A stretch of 64,000 nucleotides of DNA, from assembly GCA_951813285.1 (NCBI GenBank), contig OX638355.1, positions 2,373,136 through 2,437,135 on the forward strand. The letters run 5' to 3'. Shown here piece by piece: positions 19,368-28,164 of the stretch. The position numbers and the translations under genes are program-made. The DNA comes from Terriglobia bacterium. Lineage in GTDB: Bacteria > Acidobacteriota > Terriglobia > Versatilivoradales > Versatilivoraceae. Below the pieces are notes generated by a model. The model ran no database searches. It was not told the DNA's origin and saw nothing but the letters and a program-made list of their open reading frames with translations. Within the stretch, counting starts at the first letter, position 1, and every line of letters begins with the position of its first letter.

Positions 19368-19397
19368 CCTGTTCCCCGCAGACCCGGGGATGAACCG
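19368..19397 (+). repeat. Second solitary type I-E-like CRISPR repeat 'CCTGTTCCCCGCAGACCCGGGGATGAACCG', within repeat-element copy 2 (19320-19600).
   Basis: Same architecture as 10978-11007, with the compensatory pair substitution g/c giving CCCCGCa/GACCCGGGG. The flanks are ~80% identical to copy 1. Confidence 0.6.
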
Positions 19398-20314
19398 GAG
19401 CAGGAAACAGGCACACCGAATGACTGTTGAATGGTCGACGAATTGCGCCTCTGGGGGTCACGCAGATGCCGTCAGATGGGTCGCCACCCTTCCGACGGGG
19501 GGTGGCGGTCTAACATGGCGGCGATCCTGCTACACACAACGCCTTTCTCTCAGAGGGCGAAGCCCCTAGCCGTTGTGGTTGGGGATGCAGGTTGGCGAAG
19601 CCAGCTTCGAGTTTGGAGTCGACGCCCAGCGGCTCAAGAGTCCGGCTTACGGCGGTACGGACCACGGCGCCTTGGCCCGACTCACCGCGAGCTGGTAGCA
19701 GACACGCGAATCCAGTGGCGGCAATGGAACGCGCGACGGCTATGGAAAGTGCCGCCCCTGCTGGAAACCCGGTCTGACTGCGCTCGGGTTCCCGCAACTT
19801 CCCGCAGCCCCGTCGGCGGGTTGACCAGGAACGATGAACCTGCAGGGCGGGTTCCGGTTACCTTGTCAAAGCGATCCTTCAACCTGCTGTGGTTCCCCGG
19901 CCGTCCGGCAACCGGTTGGGAATCCAGTTGGCATGTCTCGATCAAGGCCCCGGCCGATCCGGACAGGGCACTGGCCCGATCGTTGAGGCGTGGGCAACCG
20001 TCTTCAGGCCGGGCGCGTTTCCATGGCCGGCCCATACGGTCCACCGGCATCCGATGTCGTCCATAAGTATCTGAATAATAGTCACTTGACCCCAACCAGG
20101 GCTTTGACTCATCCGATCCCGACTCGATACCATTGCTGAAGTTTCCACAGCCTGGGAGAGGTGGAGGAGGAGGTTGTGAGGGGACCTCACCGTCCGAGAT
20201 CGGGACCCGACATGCGGTCGCGTTCCCCGGAAGAGGAGGGGGCGGATCCAGGCGCGCTTCTTGTTGCGAGACGGGTGCTCAGCCGGAGCACGGCACGCTC
20301 CGTGAGACAGGGGA

Positions 20315-20348
20315 GCCAGCCTACCCAATGTAATACATTGGGGCTGGC
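20315..20348. promoter_or_regulatory. 34-bp near-perfect palindrome 'gccagcctacccaatgtaATacattggggctggc' ~110 bp downstream of the integrase stop. Candidate recombination (att) core or protein-binding site.
   Basis: Perfect 9-bp arms cccaatgta/tacattggg flanked by gccagc/gctggc. Confidence 0.35.
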
Positions 20349-20455
20349 GAGGGGCTTCGGCCCCTTCGAACCCCCGACCGGGGGGAACTCCCCCTGCTCC
20401 CCCCACCACCCCCGCCGCTCCCGTCTCCCTCTCCCGAGAACTTCGAGCCTGGCTC

Positions 20456-21710
20456 TCACCCTGGCCTGCACGGGGCGAAGTCCCGTTGCTGGGCTTGGCG
20501 CGGGCACCCGATCCCTGGGGCCAAGTAACGCGCCCAGTCGTCCATCAGGACACGCCTGCGCTCGAATAGGTCGGAGCGGGCATAGGCCGCCTCGACCCGG
20601 TTGCGGACCACATGCGCCAGGGCCGCCTCGATCACCTCTCGGGGATGGTCGGTCTCCTCGGCCGCCCAGTCCCGAAAGCTGGATCGGAACCCGTGCGGCA
20701 CGGCTGCAATCCCCTGCTCGCGGACCAGCCACCGCAGCTCCTTGTCATTGAGCGGTTTCCCTTGCCCACGGCTGAACACCAGAGGACCGTCGCCGAGGGT
20801 CCGTGCCGCCTCGAGAATCTCCAGGGCGCGTCGGCACAGCGGCACCCGGTGCTGGCGGTTAGCCTTCATCCGCTTGGCCGGGACGGTCCATACACCAGCG
20901 TCTCGATCGATCTCCGCCCACTCGGCCCACCGGACCTCACTCCACCTGGCCTCCGTCAGCACCAGGAACTACGAAGGCCAGCTTGGCCACCTCCGGCGCC
21001 GTCGCTGCCTGCACCGTCCGGATAGCCGCAAGCACCTCCCGATGCGGCAAAGCCTGCATGTGCTCGGTAACGTCCTGTTGGAGACCCAGGACCGGGCCGA
21101 TCCTGTCGCAGGGGTTGTCAATGCGGAACTCCATGGCTACGGCCCATTCCAGGATCGCCCGCAGGCGCTGGCGCACTCGCCGGGCGCTGGACGGCTTCCG
21201 GTGCCAGATGGGGGTGAGGACCTCAAGCACGTCGGCGCTCGTAACCTCAGAGACCGGCATCTTGCCGATGCGCGGGAAGGCGAACCGCCTCAGGCTCGAC
21301 ATCCACTCGCGATGGTGACGCCGGCCGCGCCAGCCGCCCCGCTTCTGCTCCAGCACACGCATGGCGGCTTCGGCGAAGGTGGGGATGCCCTCGGTGCGGC
21401 GTTTCTCGGCAAGGGGATCTCCGCCCTGGCGGGCGAGCTTGCGGTTGGCCAGGGCTTTCTCCCTGGCCTCTGCCAGGGGGACCAAGGCGACGCTGCCGAG
21501 ACCGAGCTCACGGCGACGGCCACGGACGACGAGGCGTTGAATCCAACTGCGGGTTCCGCTGGGTTGGACGAAGAGGTACAATCCGTTTCCATCGGCGTAT
21601 CTTCCGGGCGGAGCGGAGCGCAGGAAGGCGGCCGAAAGGGCGTTGCTGGGGTGGCGGCCGGTGGGCTTGGTCTTAGGTCGGACCGGAGCGAAGTCCGTTA
21701 CAGCATCCAT
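20456..21710 (-). pseudogene. int: P4-type tyrosine integrase (N-terminal DUF4102 arm-binding, SAM-like and catalytic domains), split by a frameshift at ~20955 into ORFs 20937-21710 and 20456-20962.
   Basis: N-terminal 'GLYLFVQPSGTRSWIQR' (DUF4102) and C-terminal 'VPHGFRSSFRDWAAE' (HxxR box). The expected 'FLVLTEARWSEV' reads in the +1 frame immediately after a TAG. Confidence 0.8.
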
Positions 21711-21889
21711 CCCCCCATTATATGAGGGATGGCAGTGGATTGCAAGGGATGTTCGTGGCAGGTCCAGCCACAGTAGAGCTTATATAAGACACTCATAAAT
21801 AATACAGTTATAGACTCTACTGGACGGCGGTAGACATCACTGGAATTTGATGTGCCGTTGCGGCGGCGACAGCAGGTAGCAGGAGCGTG

Positions 21890-22140
21890 GCAGGTGTTTG
21901 GACGCACCCCTGGTTCTTCGACGGGCGACTCATTCAGGGCAATACCGGGGTTGTTTCAGGCAAGCCGGGCCCCCGCCCCCCACGACGGGGCGGATCATTC
22001 GAGGGTAAAACAATCAGAAATCGAAAATCCTTTCGCGACCTTGGAATCCCGTCGCGGTTTACCTCAACGCCTTAGTGTCCCTTCGTCGTTCTTCGTGTCC
22101 CTTCGTGGATTCCTCTTTTTCTTTTGTCTTTATTCGTTTG
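21890..22140 (-). repeat. Partial (leader-only, ~170-250 bp) copy of the R-element family: 'gaaacaaacga(a)aaagacaaaag...ggccactaagg...cactctcgtatgatccgccc'.
   Basis: Reverse complement aligns with 43497-43660 and 50292-50470. Confidence 0.6.
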
Positions 22141-22173
22141 TTTCAGGCAGGCAGGCAAGCAAGCAGGCAGGCG

Positions 22174-22923
22174 CTATCGGTAGGATGATTCCAGGTTGGA
22201 ATAGACCAGTCGGCCGGCCGAATCCCGGTAGCTGACGATATCCGGTTTGACTCCGCCGGCGGTTGTGTCCGGCAGGTCTTGGCCATAAAGCCGGCTGATC
22301 TTGTGGACGTAGTCCCGAGTCTCTCGGTAGGGGGGAATGCCGTCATGCTTGCGGACGGCATTTTCGCCCGCGTTGTAAGCCGCCAGCACCAGGGAAAGGT
22401 TGCCGGGAAACCGATTCTGCAGGAACTTGAGGTAGCGTATTCCTCCCTCGATGTTTTGGGCGGGATCGTATGCGTCAGCCACGCCGAACCGCTTGGCGGT
22501 CGCCGGCAGCAACTGCATGACTCCCAGGGCTCCCCTGGGGGAAATTGCTGTTGGATTATAGTTCGACTCCACCCTGGCCACCGCCCTGACCAGCTCAGGA
22601 TCCATCCCGTGCTTTCGGGCGATGCGATCGATGAGTCGTCCGATCCCGGCAGGAGGCTGCCCCCTTCGGCGAGTCCTCGGTGGCGGGCTCGGCTCGGGCA
22701 GTGTGGGAGAACTGGCCGGGGCTATGGCAATGTTTCGAGTATTGGAAAATATGCGGTGTCCGTCGGGTCCGGTGAAGCTGTCGATCTCCCCGCCGATCGA
22801 GGTCGGGCACACGACCAGGGTGAACAGGCAACCGGCCGAAGCCATGTATCGGTTAAGGTTCCAACCGGGAGTGTTGATTTTCGTGGGGGTAACCATGGGA
22901 ACGGGAGCTGAATGATGGGGCAA
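22174..22923 (-). CDS. Lytic transglycosylase (SLT domain).
   Basis: 'MDPELVRAVARVESNYNPTAISPRGALGVMQLLPATA...LAAYNAGENAV' is the SLT catalytic region. Confidence 0.8.
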   Translation of the reverse strand: MPHHSAPVPMVTPTKINTPGWNLNRYMASAGCLFTLVVCPTSIGGEIDSFTGPDGHRIFSNTRNIAIAPASSPTLPEPSPPPRTRRRGQPPAGIGRLIDRIARKHGMDPELVRAVARVESNYNPTAISPRGALGVMQLLPATAKRFGVADAYDPAQNIEGGIRYLKFLQNRFPGNLSLVLAAYNAGENAVRKHDGIPPYRETRDYVHKISRLYGQDLPDTTAGGVKPDIVSYRDSAGRLVYSNLESSYR

Positions 22924-23061
22924 CGTTCTCTCTCTCAGGACATTTAGATGGTTCGGAACCGGAAATAGTCTAACGCTTTCTCCAAGGACCGATGACCGGC
23001 GGGCCCTTCTCGGTTGGCCCGACCATGCAGATTCATGGGCGCTGCTGAAAAAATCGGCGGG

Positions 23062-25713
23062 TCAACCCGCCCCTTGGACATGCCTCTCGACGTAGTCGGC
23101 GACCGCCTCCAGCGCCAGGGGTAATTTGCTCGGGTCCCTGCCTCCGGCTTCAGCCAGGTCCGGTCTGCCGCCGCCGCCCCCGCCGACCACCGAGGCGATT
23201 TCCTTGACCATCCTGCCCGCGTGGAGACGGGGAGTCAGATCGGAGGTAATGGCCGCGACCAGGGAGACTTTGCCGGAACCCGAAGTGGCCAGCACCACCA
23301 CGCCCCGGCCGATCCGAGACTTCAGCTCGTCAGCCAGATTGCGGAGCGAGGCATTGTCTAGCTGATCCACCACAGAAGTCAAGACCTTGATGTCATTTAC
23401 GTTCTTGGCGGTATGCAGCAGTTGTCCGGCCCGGTCCTGGGCCAGGCGGTAGCGCATTGCCCGCAATTCCTTCTCCAAAGACCTGATGGAGGCCTGGTAC
23501 TTGCGGACCGACCCCACCAGCTCGGGCCGAGTGCCTTTGAAAAGCCCCTCCAACTGGCTGAGCAGTGCCTCGTCCTCGCGAAAGCGGCGGAGCGCCCCGG
23601 TGCCCGTTATGGCTTCGATACGGCGGACCCCTGCGGCGATCCCACTCTCGCTGACGATCTTGAACAATCCGATGTCGCCGGTGCGGGAGACGTGGGTGCC
23701 GCCGCAAAGCTCCTTGCTGAAGCCATCCACCGACACCACCCTCACCTGTTCTCCGTACTTCTCTCCGAAGAGAGCCATGGCTCCTTCCGACACCGCCTGG
23801 CTCAATTCCTGAACCAGCGTGGTGACGGACAGGTTGTCCATGACCTTGCGGTTCACCAGGTCCTCGATCTCGATGAGGTCCTCCGGCGAAAGGGCCGCAT
23901 AGTGGGTGAAGTCGAAGCGCAAGCGATCGGGAGCCACCAGGGAGCCGGACTGTTTGACGTGAAATCCGACCAGTCGGTGGAGGGCGGCATGGAGCAAGTG
24001 AGTGGCCGTGTGGTTTTTCCTGATGGAATCGCGGCGGATCGGGTCCACCCTGGCCTCGACCCTTTCCCCCACTCGCAGGGCTCCCCCTGCGCACCTGACC
24101 CGGTGAGCGGAATAGCCGGGAGGAGCCGGATAGGTATCCTGCACGACGGCCTCGGCCTCGGCGCCCTGCAAGACCCCGGTGTCTCCGATTTGGCCTCCCG
24201 TTTCCGCATAGAAGGGCGTCTGGTCCAGGAAGATCTCTCCCACCTCTCCGGCCTGCAGCCAGTCGGTCTGCTTGCCCTCGATCAGGATTCCCGTGACGGT
24301 CGACTGGTCGGTGCCAAGCCGGGTATAGCCGAGAAATCGGGTCTTCTTGGCGGTGGGCGGCGGCGCCGAGCCGGCAGCGGTGGCCGTTTCCTTCCAACTG
24401 GCCCGCCCCCTCTCGCGCTGGGCCGACAGCCGCCGGTTGAAGCCTTCTTCGTCCAGCATCAGTCCATTTTCGTCCGCGATCTCCTGCATCAGGTCCAGGG
24501 GCAGGCCGTAGGTGTCATAGAACTTGAACATGACCTCGCCCGGCAGCCGGCGCGGTTGGCTCCCGGAGGGTTGCAGTCGAGACAGCACGTCGCCGAGCTG
24601 GTCCAATGCGATCCGCAGCGTGGACGAGAACCGCTGCTCTTCGTGGCGCACCACCCTGGACACGTAATCCCGGGTGGAGGCCAGCTCCGGATAGGCGTCC
24701 TGCATGAGATCCGCCACCCTGTCGGCCATCCGGTGCAGAAACTCGTCCTGGATTCCGATGAGCCTTCCGTGCCGTATGCCGCGGCGCATGATTTTTCGCA
24801 GGACATAGCCACGGCCGTCATTGTCGGGCACCACCCCGTCGCTGACGAGGAAAGCCGTCGCCCTGGCATGGTCGGCGATCACCCGCATGGAAACGTCGGC
24901 GGCCCTGTCGTCGCCGTAGTCCCGTCCGGCTATTTCGGCTGCGAATTGCGTCAACGGCTTCAGCAGGTCCGTGTCGTAGTTGCTGTACTTGCCCTGGAGC
25001 ACCGCTGTCATTCGCTCCAGGCCCATGCCGGTGTCTACCGAGGGCTTGGGTAGGCGAACCAGTTGACCCGATTTCTGCCGGTCGAACTCCATGAACACCA
25101 GGTTCCAGATTTCGACAAAGCGGCCGCACTCGCAGGGAAAACTGCATTGCGTATGTCCGGCCTCGCTGCCGGCCGGCCCCTGGTCGAAGTGCATCTCGGA
25201 ACAGGGACCGCAGGGACCGGTGTCTCCCATGGCCCAGAAGTTGTCCTTCTCTCCCAGTCGAAAGATGCGGTCGGCCGGAACCCCGATCTCTCGGTTCCAG
25301 ATCCGGTGGGCGTCGTCATCGTCCCGGTAGACCGTAATCCAGAGTTGCTCCGGCTTGAGCCCATAGACTTCGGTCACCAGTTCCCAGGCCAGCGGGATGG
25401 CTTCCGACTTGAAGTAGTCGCCGAAGGAAAAGTTCCCCAGCATTTCGAAGAAGGTGTGGTGCCGGGCGGTCTTGCCCACGTTCTCGAAGTCGTTGTGCTT
25501 TCCGCCTGCCCGAACGCATTTCTGGGAGGTGGTAGCCCGAAGGTAGTCCCGCTTCTCTCGTCCCAGGAATACGTCCTTGAACTGGTTCATGCCGGCATTG
25601 GTGAACAGCAGCGTGGGATCGCCGGCGGGGACCAGCGAGGAGCTCCTGACGATGCGGTGCCCTCTCTGTTGAAAATATTCCAGGAACTGCCTGCGGGTTT
25701 CGGTTCCGGTCAC
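23062..25713 (-). CDS. alaS: Alanine--tRNA ligase.
   Basis: 883 aa. N-terminal 'FTNAGMNQFKDVFLG' and overall AlaRS architecture. Confidence 0.95.
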   Translation of the reverse strand: MTGTETRRQFLEYFQQRGHRIVRSSSLVPAGDPTLLFTNAGMNQFKDVFLGREKRDYLRATTSQKCVRAGGKHNDFENVGKTARHHTFFEMLGNFSFGDYFKSEAIPLAWELVTEVYGLKPEQLWITVYRDDDDAHRIWNREIGVPADRIFRLGEKDNFWAMGDTGPCGPCSEMHFDQGPAGSEAGHTQCSFPCECGRFVEIWNLVFMEFDRQKSGQLVRLPKPSVDTGMGLERMTAVLQGKYSNYDTDLLKPLTQFAAEIAGRDYGDDRAADVSMRVIADHARATAFLVSDGVVPDNDGRGYVLRKIMRRGIRHGRLIGIQDEFLHRMADRVADLMQDAYPELASTRDYVSRVVRHEEQRFSSTLRIALDQLGDVLSRLQPSGSQPRRLPGEVMFKFYDTYGLPLDLMQEIADENGLMLDEEGFNRRLSAQRERGRASWKETATAAGSAPPPTAKKTRFLGYTRLGTDQSTVTGILIEGKQTDWLQAGEVGEIFLDQTPFYAETGGQIGDTGVLQGAEAEAVVQDTYPAPPGYSAHRVRCAGGALRVGERVEARVDPIRRDSIRKNHTATHLLHAALHRLVGFHVKQSGSLVAPDRLRFDFTHYAALSPEDLIEIEDLVNRKVMDNLSVTTLVQELSQAVSEGAMALFGEKYGEQVRVVSVDGFSKELCGGTHVSRTGDIGLFKIVSESGIAAGVRRIEAITGTGALRRFREDEALLSQLEGLFKGTRPELVGSVRKYQASIRSLEKELRAMRYRLAQDRAGQLLHTAKNVNDIKVLTSVVDQLDNASLRNLADELKSRIGRGVVVLATSGSGKVSLVAAITSDLTPRLHAGRMVKEIASVVGGGGGGRPDLAEAGGRDPSKLPLALEAVADYVERHVQGAG

Positions 25714-25758
25714 GACTTCGGTGTCCTCTATGCCGAACTGTTCTGGCGGGGAGCTGCT

Positions 25759-26322
25759 TCAGTCCGCCCATTCAAAGGGTCGATGGAATCGCTTCCTGAA
25801 TTCACGCCGCACGGCCTCCAATGGGAAGCCTCGGGCGAGCAGGTAATTATAGAGCCTGGCCACCCTTTTTTCATCCAGCGGCTCGGACAAGGCCTCCAGC
25901 TTGCGTTCCAGGCTGTGCCGCAAATGGGCCAGCTCTTTTTCCGGCGGGAACATCTCGTCCAGCACCTGGTCGACCAGGCGCCTGGGCAGTCCCCGAGCAG
26001 CCATCTCCTTCTGCAGCCTGGATCGGCTGCAGGCGCCGCGGCGCAGACGGACGGTGACGAGGGTCTCGAGGCACTGCCGGTCATCCAGGTAGCCACTCGC
26101 CTTCAACCTGGCAAGGACGCCGGCCACCGCGGACGCATCATCGGTCCGGGCCAGCAGCTTGACTTCCAGTTCTCGGGTGGAGTGGATCTTTCGGCCCAGG
26201 GCCCGGAGCGCCCATTGGAAAAGGGCCTCTGAATCGTGTGGACGGGGCTCCTCGCTCACGGAGCGTTTTGCAGGATTTGAGCTGTCGGAATCATACGAAG
26301 GCCAGCCAATCGGGGTGGTCAT
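25759..26322 (-). CDS. recX: Recombination regulator RecX (start uncertain; a longer ORF extends to 26511).
   Basis: RecX three-helix repeats ('[22 protein letters not shown]...DQVLDEMF'), immediately upstream of alaS. Confidence 0.7.
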   Translation of the reverse strand: MTTPIGWPSYDSDSSNPAKRSVSEEPRPHDSEALFQWALRALGRKIHSTRELEVKLLARTDDASAVAGVLARLKASGYLDDRQCLETLVTVRLRRGACSRSRLQKEMAARGLPRRLVDQVLDEMFPPEKELAHLRHSLERKLEALSEPLDEKRVARLYNYLLARGFPLEAVRREFRKRFHRPFEWAD

Positions 26323-27211
26323 CGCTCTTGCCTTCAACGATCTGGAAGAACCGTTGCTGGATTCTGGCGGTGACCGGCCCCCGGCGGCCGCTGCCGACGC
26401 TGATCTTGTCCACGCTGCGGATCGGCGTGACTTCTGCGGCGGTTCCCGTAAAGAACAACTCGTCCGCCAAGTAGAGAAATTCGCGAGCGATGCCCTGCTC
26501 CCGGACTTCAATGCCGAGGTCGCGGCAGATCTCGATCACTGCCCGCCTTGTGATTCCAGGGAGGACGGAGGAGGCCAGCGCGGGCGTCAGGACCACGCCT
26601 TCCTTGATGACAAAGATGTTCTCGCCACTGCCTTCGCTGACGTAGCCGGCGGTGTCCAGGGCAATGCCCTCCGAGTAGCCGGCCTGCATGGCCTCCATCT
26701 TGATGAGCTGGGAGTTCATGTAGTTGGCTCCCGCTTTGGCCAGGGTGGGGAGCGTATTGGGGGCGATGCGGTTCCAGGAGGAGACGCAGACGTCCACGCC
26801 TTCCTCCAGAGCTTCCTTGCCAAGATACCGACCCCACTCCCAGACGGCAATGACGACTTCCAGTGGGCAGCCCAGAGGGTTGACCCCAATCTCGCCGTAG
26901 CCTCTGAGAATGATGGGACGGATGTAGCATTCCTTCAGTCGGTTTTCCCGAATGGTGCCCAGGATGGCCTGGCAGAGATCCTCGGCGGAATAGGGGATCT
27001 GCATCCGGTAGAGCTTGGCCGAATTCAGAAGACGCTCCACGTGTCTATCCAGGCAGAAAACCGCCGAACCCTTGACCGTGTTGTAACAGCGAATGCCTTC
27101 GAAAACGGCGGATCCGTAGTTCACCACGTGGGAGAGAACGTGGATCTTGGCATCGTCCCAGGGAACGAAGTGTCCGTTGAACCAGATCTTTTGCGACTTG
27201 GGAATGGGCAA
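26291..27211 (-). CDS. ilvE: Branched-chain amino acid aminotransferase (TTG start with GGAG RBS).
   Basis: '[36 protein letters not shown]' BCAT class IV. TTG at 27211 is preceded by GGAGCTGAG. Confidence 0.85.
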   Translation of the reverse strand: MPIPKSQKIWFNGHFVPWDDAKIHVLSHVVNYGSAVFEGIRCYNTVKGSAVFCLDRHVERLLNSAKLYRMQIPYSAEDLCQAILGTIRENRLKECYIRPIILRGYGEIGVNPLGCPLEVVIAVWEWGRYLGKEALEEGVDVCVSSWNRIAPNTLPTLAKAGANYMNSQLIKMEAMQAGYSEGIALDTAGYVSEGSGENIFVIKEGVVLTPALASSVLPGITRRAVIEICRDLGIEVREQGIAREFLYLADELFFTGTAAEVTPIRSVDKISVGSGRRGPVTARIQQRFFQIVEGKSDDHPDWLAFV

Positions 27212-27643
27212 CTCAGCTCCTTGACTGGGACCTTCGCCGGGTGCCAGGAAGGGTGCGATTCCCGGGGAGCCTGCCCCGAGGAGCGAGCAGTATAGCACAG
27301 CGCCGGAGTTTCCCGGCAACCGCCCAAGCCCGCCCAAACCCGCATTGCCCACCGGGTTGCATTGTTCAGAAGGGTGCAGAAAGGGAGGGTCGATTCTGAA
27401 GAGGCCCTGCGGCTCGGAAGGATGCTCCTGCGCGGCTATAAGCTGTAGCCTGTAAAACTCTAATAATAATAGACTTAAGTCGGATCAGCCTAGTTCCATT
27501 CCCTCATTGAATCTCTCTGATTTAACAGGAATCCATTAGACCATCCAGGACGTTGGCGGACAGGTCAGCCGAGTTTCGATCCTGAGCCGGAGGCCGTCAA
27601 GCGGAGAGGCAAGCTGCCCGTGCAGCGGATCGGAGATATTGGG

Positions 27644-27985
27644 TTACTTGCATCCTCCAGCCTTGCCCCTCTCGGCCTGAAGGCCATTTGTGGTCCGCTG
27701 TTTTTCGCTCCTCAAGGTCCCGACCCGGCTGCCGGTTTCGGGAATGGGAACGTCGAGGCTCCTGAGATAGTCGATGGCGTTGGTGGCGATCATCTGCTGG
27801 TGGGGGCCCAGCATGTCGGTGGCGGTGGCGGGGGTGCTCGGCCCGCCGGCTTCGGCCGTGTAGGTGAAGTTGAGCATGGCCGCATCGGATCCCCGGTTGG
27901 TCAGGGCCAACTCCGAAGTGAAGTGGGAGTTGTTCTTCCCCCTCGAGTCCAGCACCACCGGGACGAACTGGGTCATGGTGTCCAT
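27644..27985 (-). CDS. Hypothetical small protein (~114 aa). Its 3' end and downstream region are duplicated at 6240-6790.
   Basis: The only protein-like segment of ORF 27644-28732. The upstream part of that ORF overlaps the 1465-aa gene and is arginine/glycine-rich junk. Confidence 0.35.
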   Translation of the reverse strand: MDTMTQFVPVVLDSRGKNNSHFTSELALTNRGSDAAMLNFTYTAEAGGPSTPATATDMLGPHQQMIATNAIDYLRSLDVPIPETGSRVGTLRSEKQRTTNGLQAERGKAGGCK

Positions 27986-28164
27986 GCCCGGCGCAGGCGT
28001 TGTCTTGTAAAAACCGGAGGCAAAGATGAGTGGCGGGAGTAAATGCTCAAATCCGGGGAGCAGGCTATGCTGGCGCACAAAGGCTGTCTTGGGAATTTCG
28101 GCGCTGTCGGAATCATCGGCGGGATCGTCGAACGGAAGGTTTCCCTGAACTCCTTTGCAATGCT

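Noticed and set aside
19500-20100. tmRNA or other structured RNA next to the integrase
   Set aside because: No tmRNA hallmarks were found by eye: no tag-peptide reading frame ending in a stop after an Ala-Ala-like tag, and no tRNA-like 3' end. This stays unverified without a covariance-model scan.
23413-25053. 546-aa plus-strand ORF
   Set aside because: Antisense to alaS.
25063-26232. 389-aa plus-strand ORF
   Set aside because: Antisense to alaS and recX.
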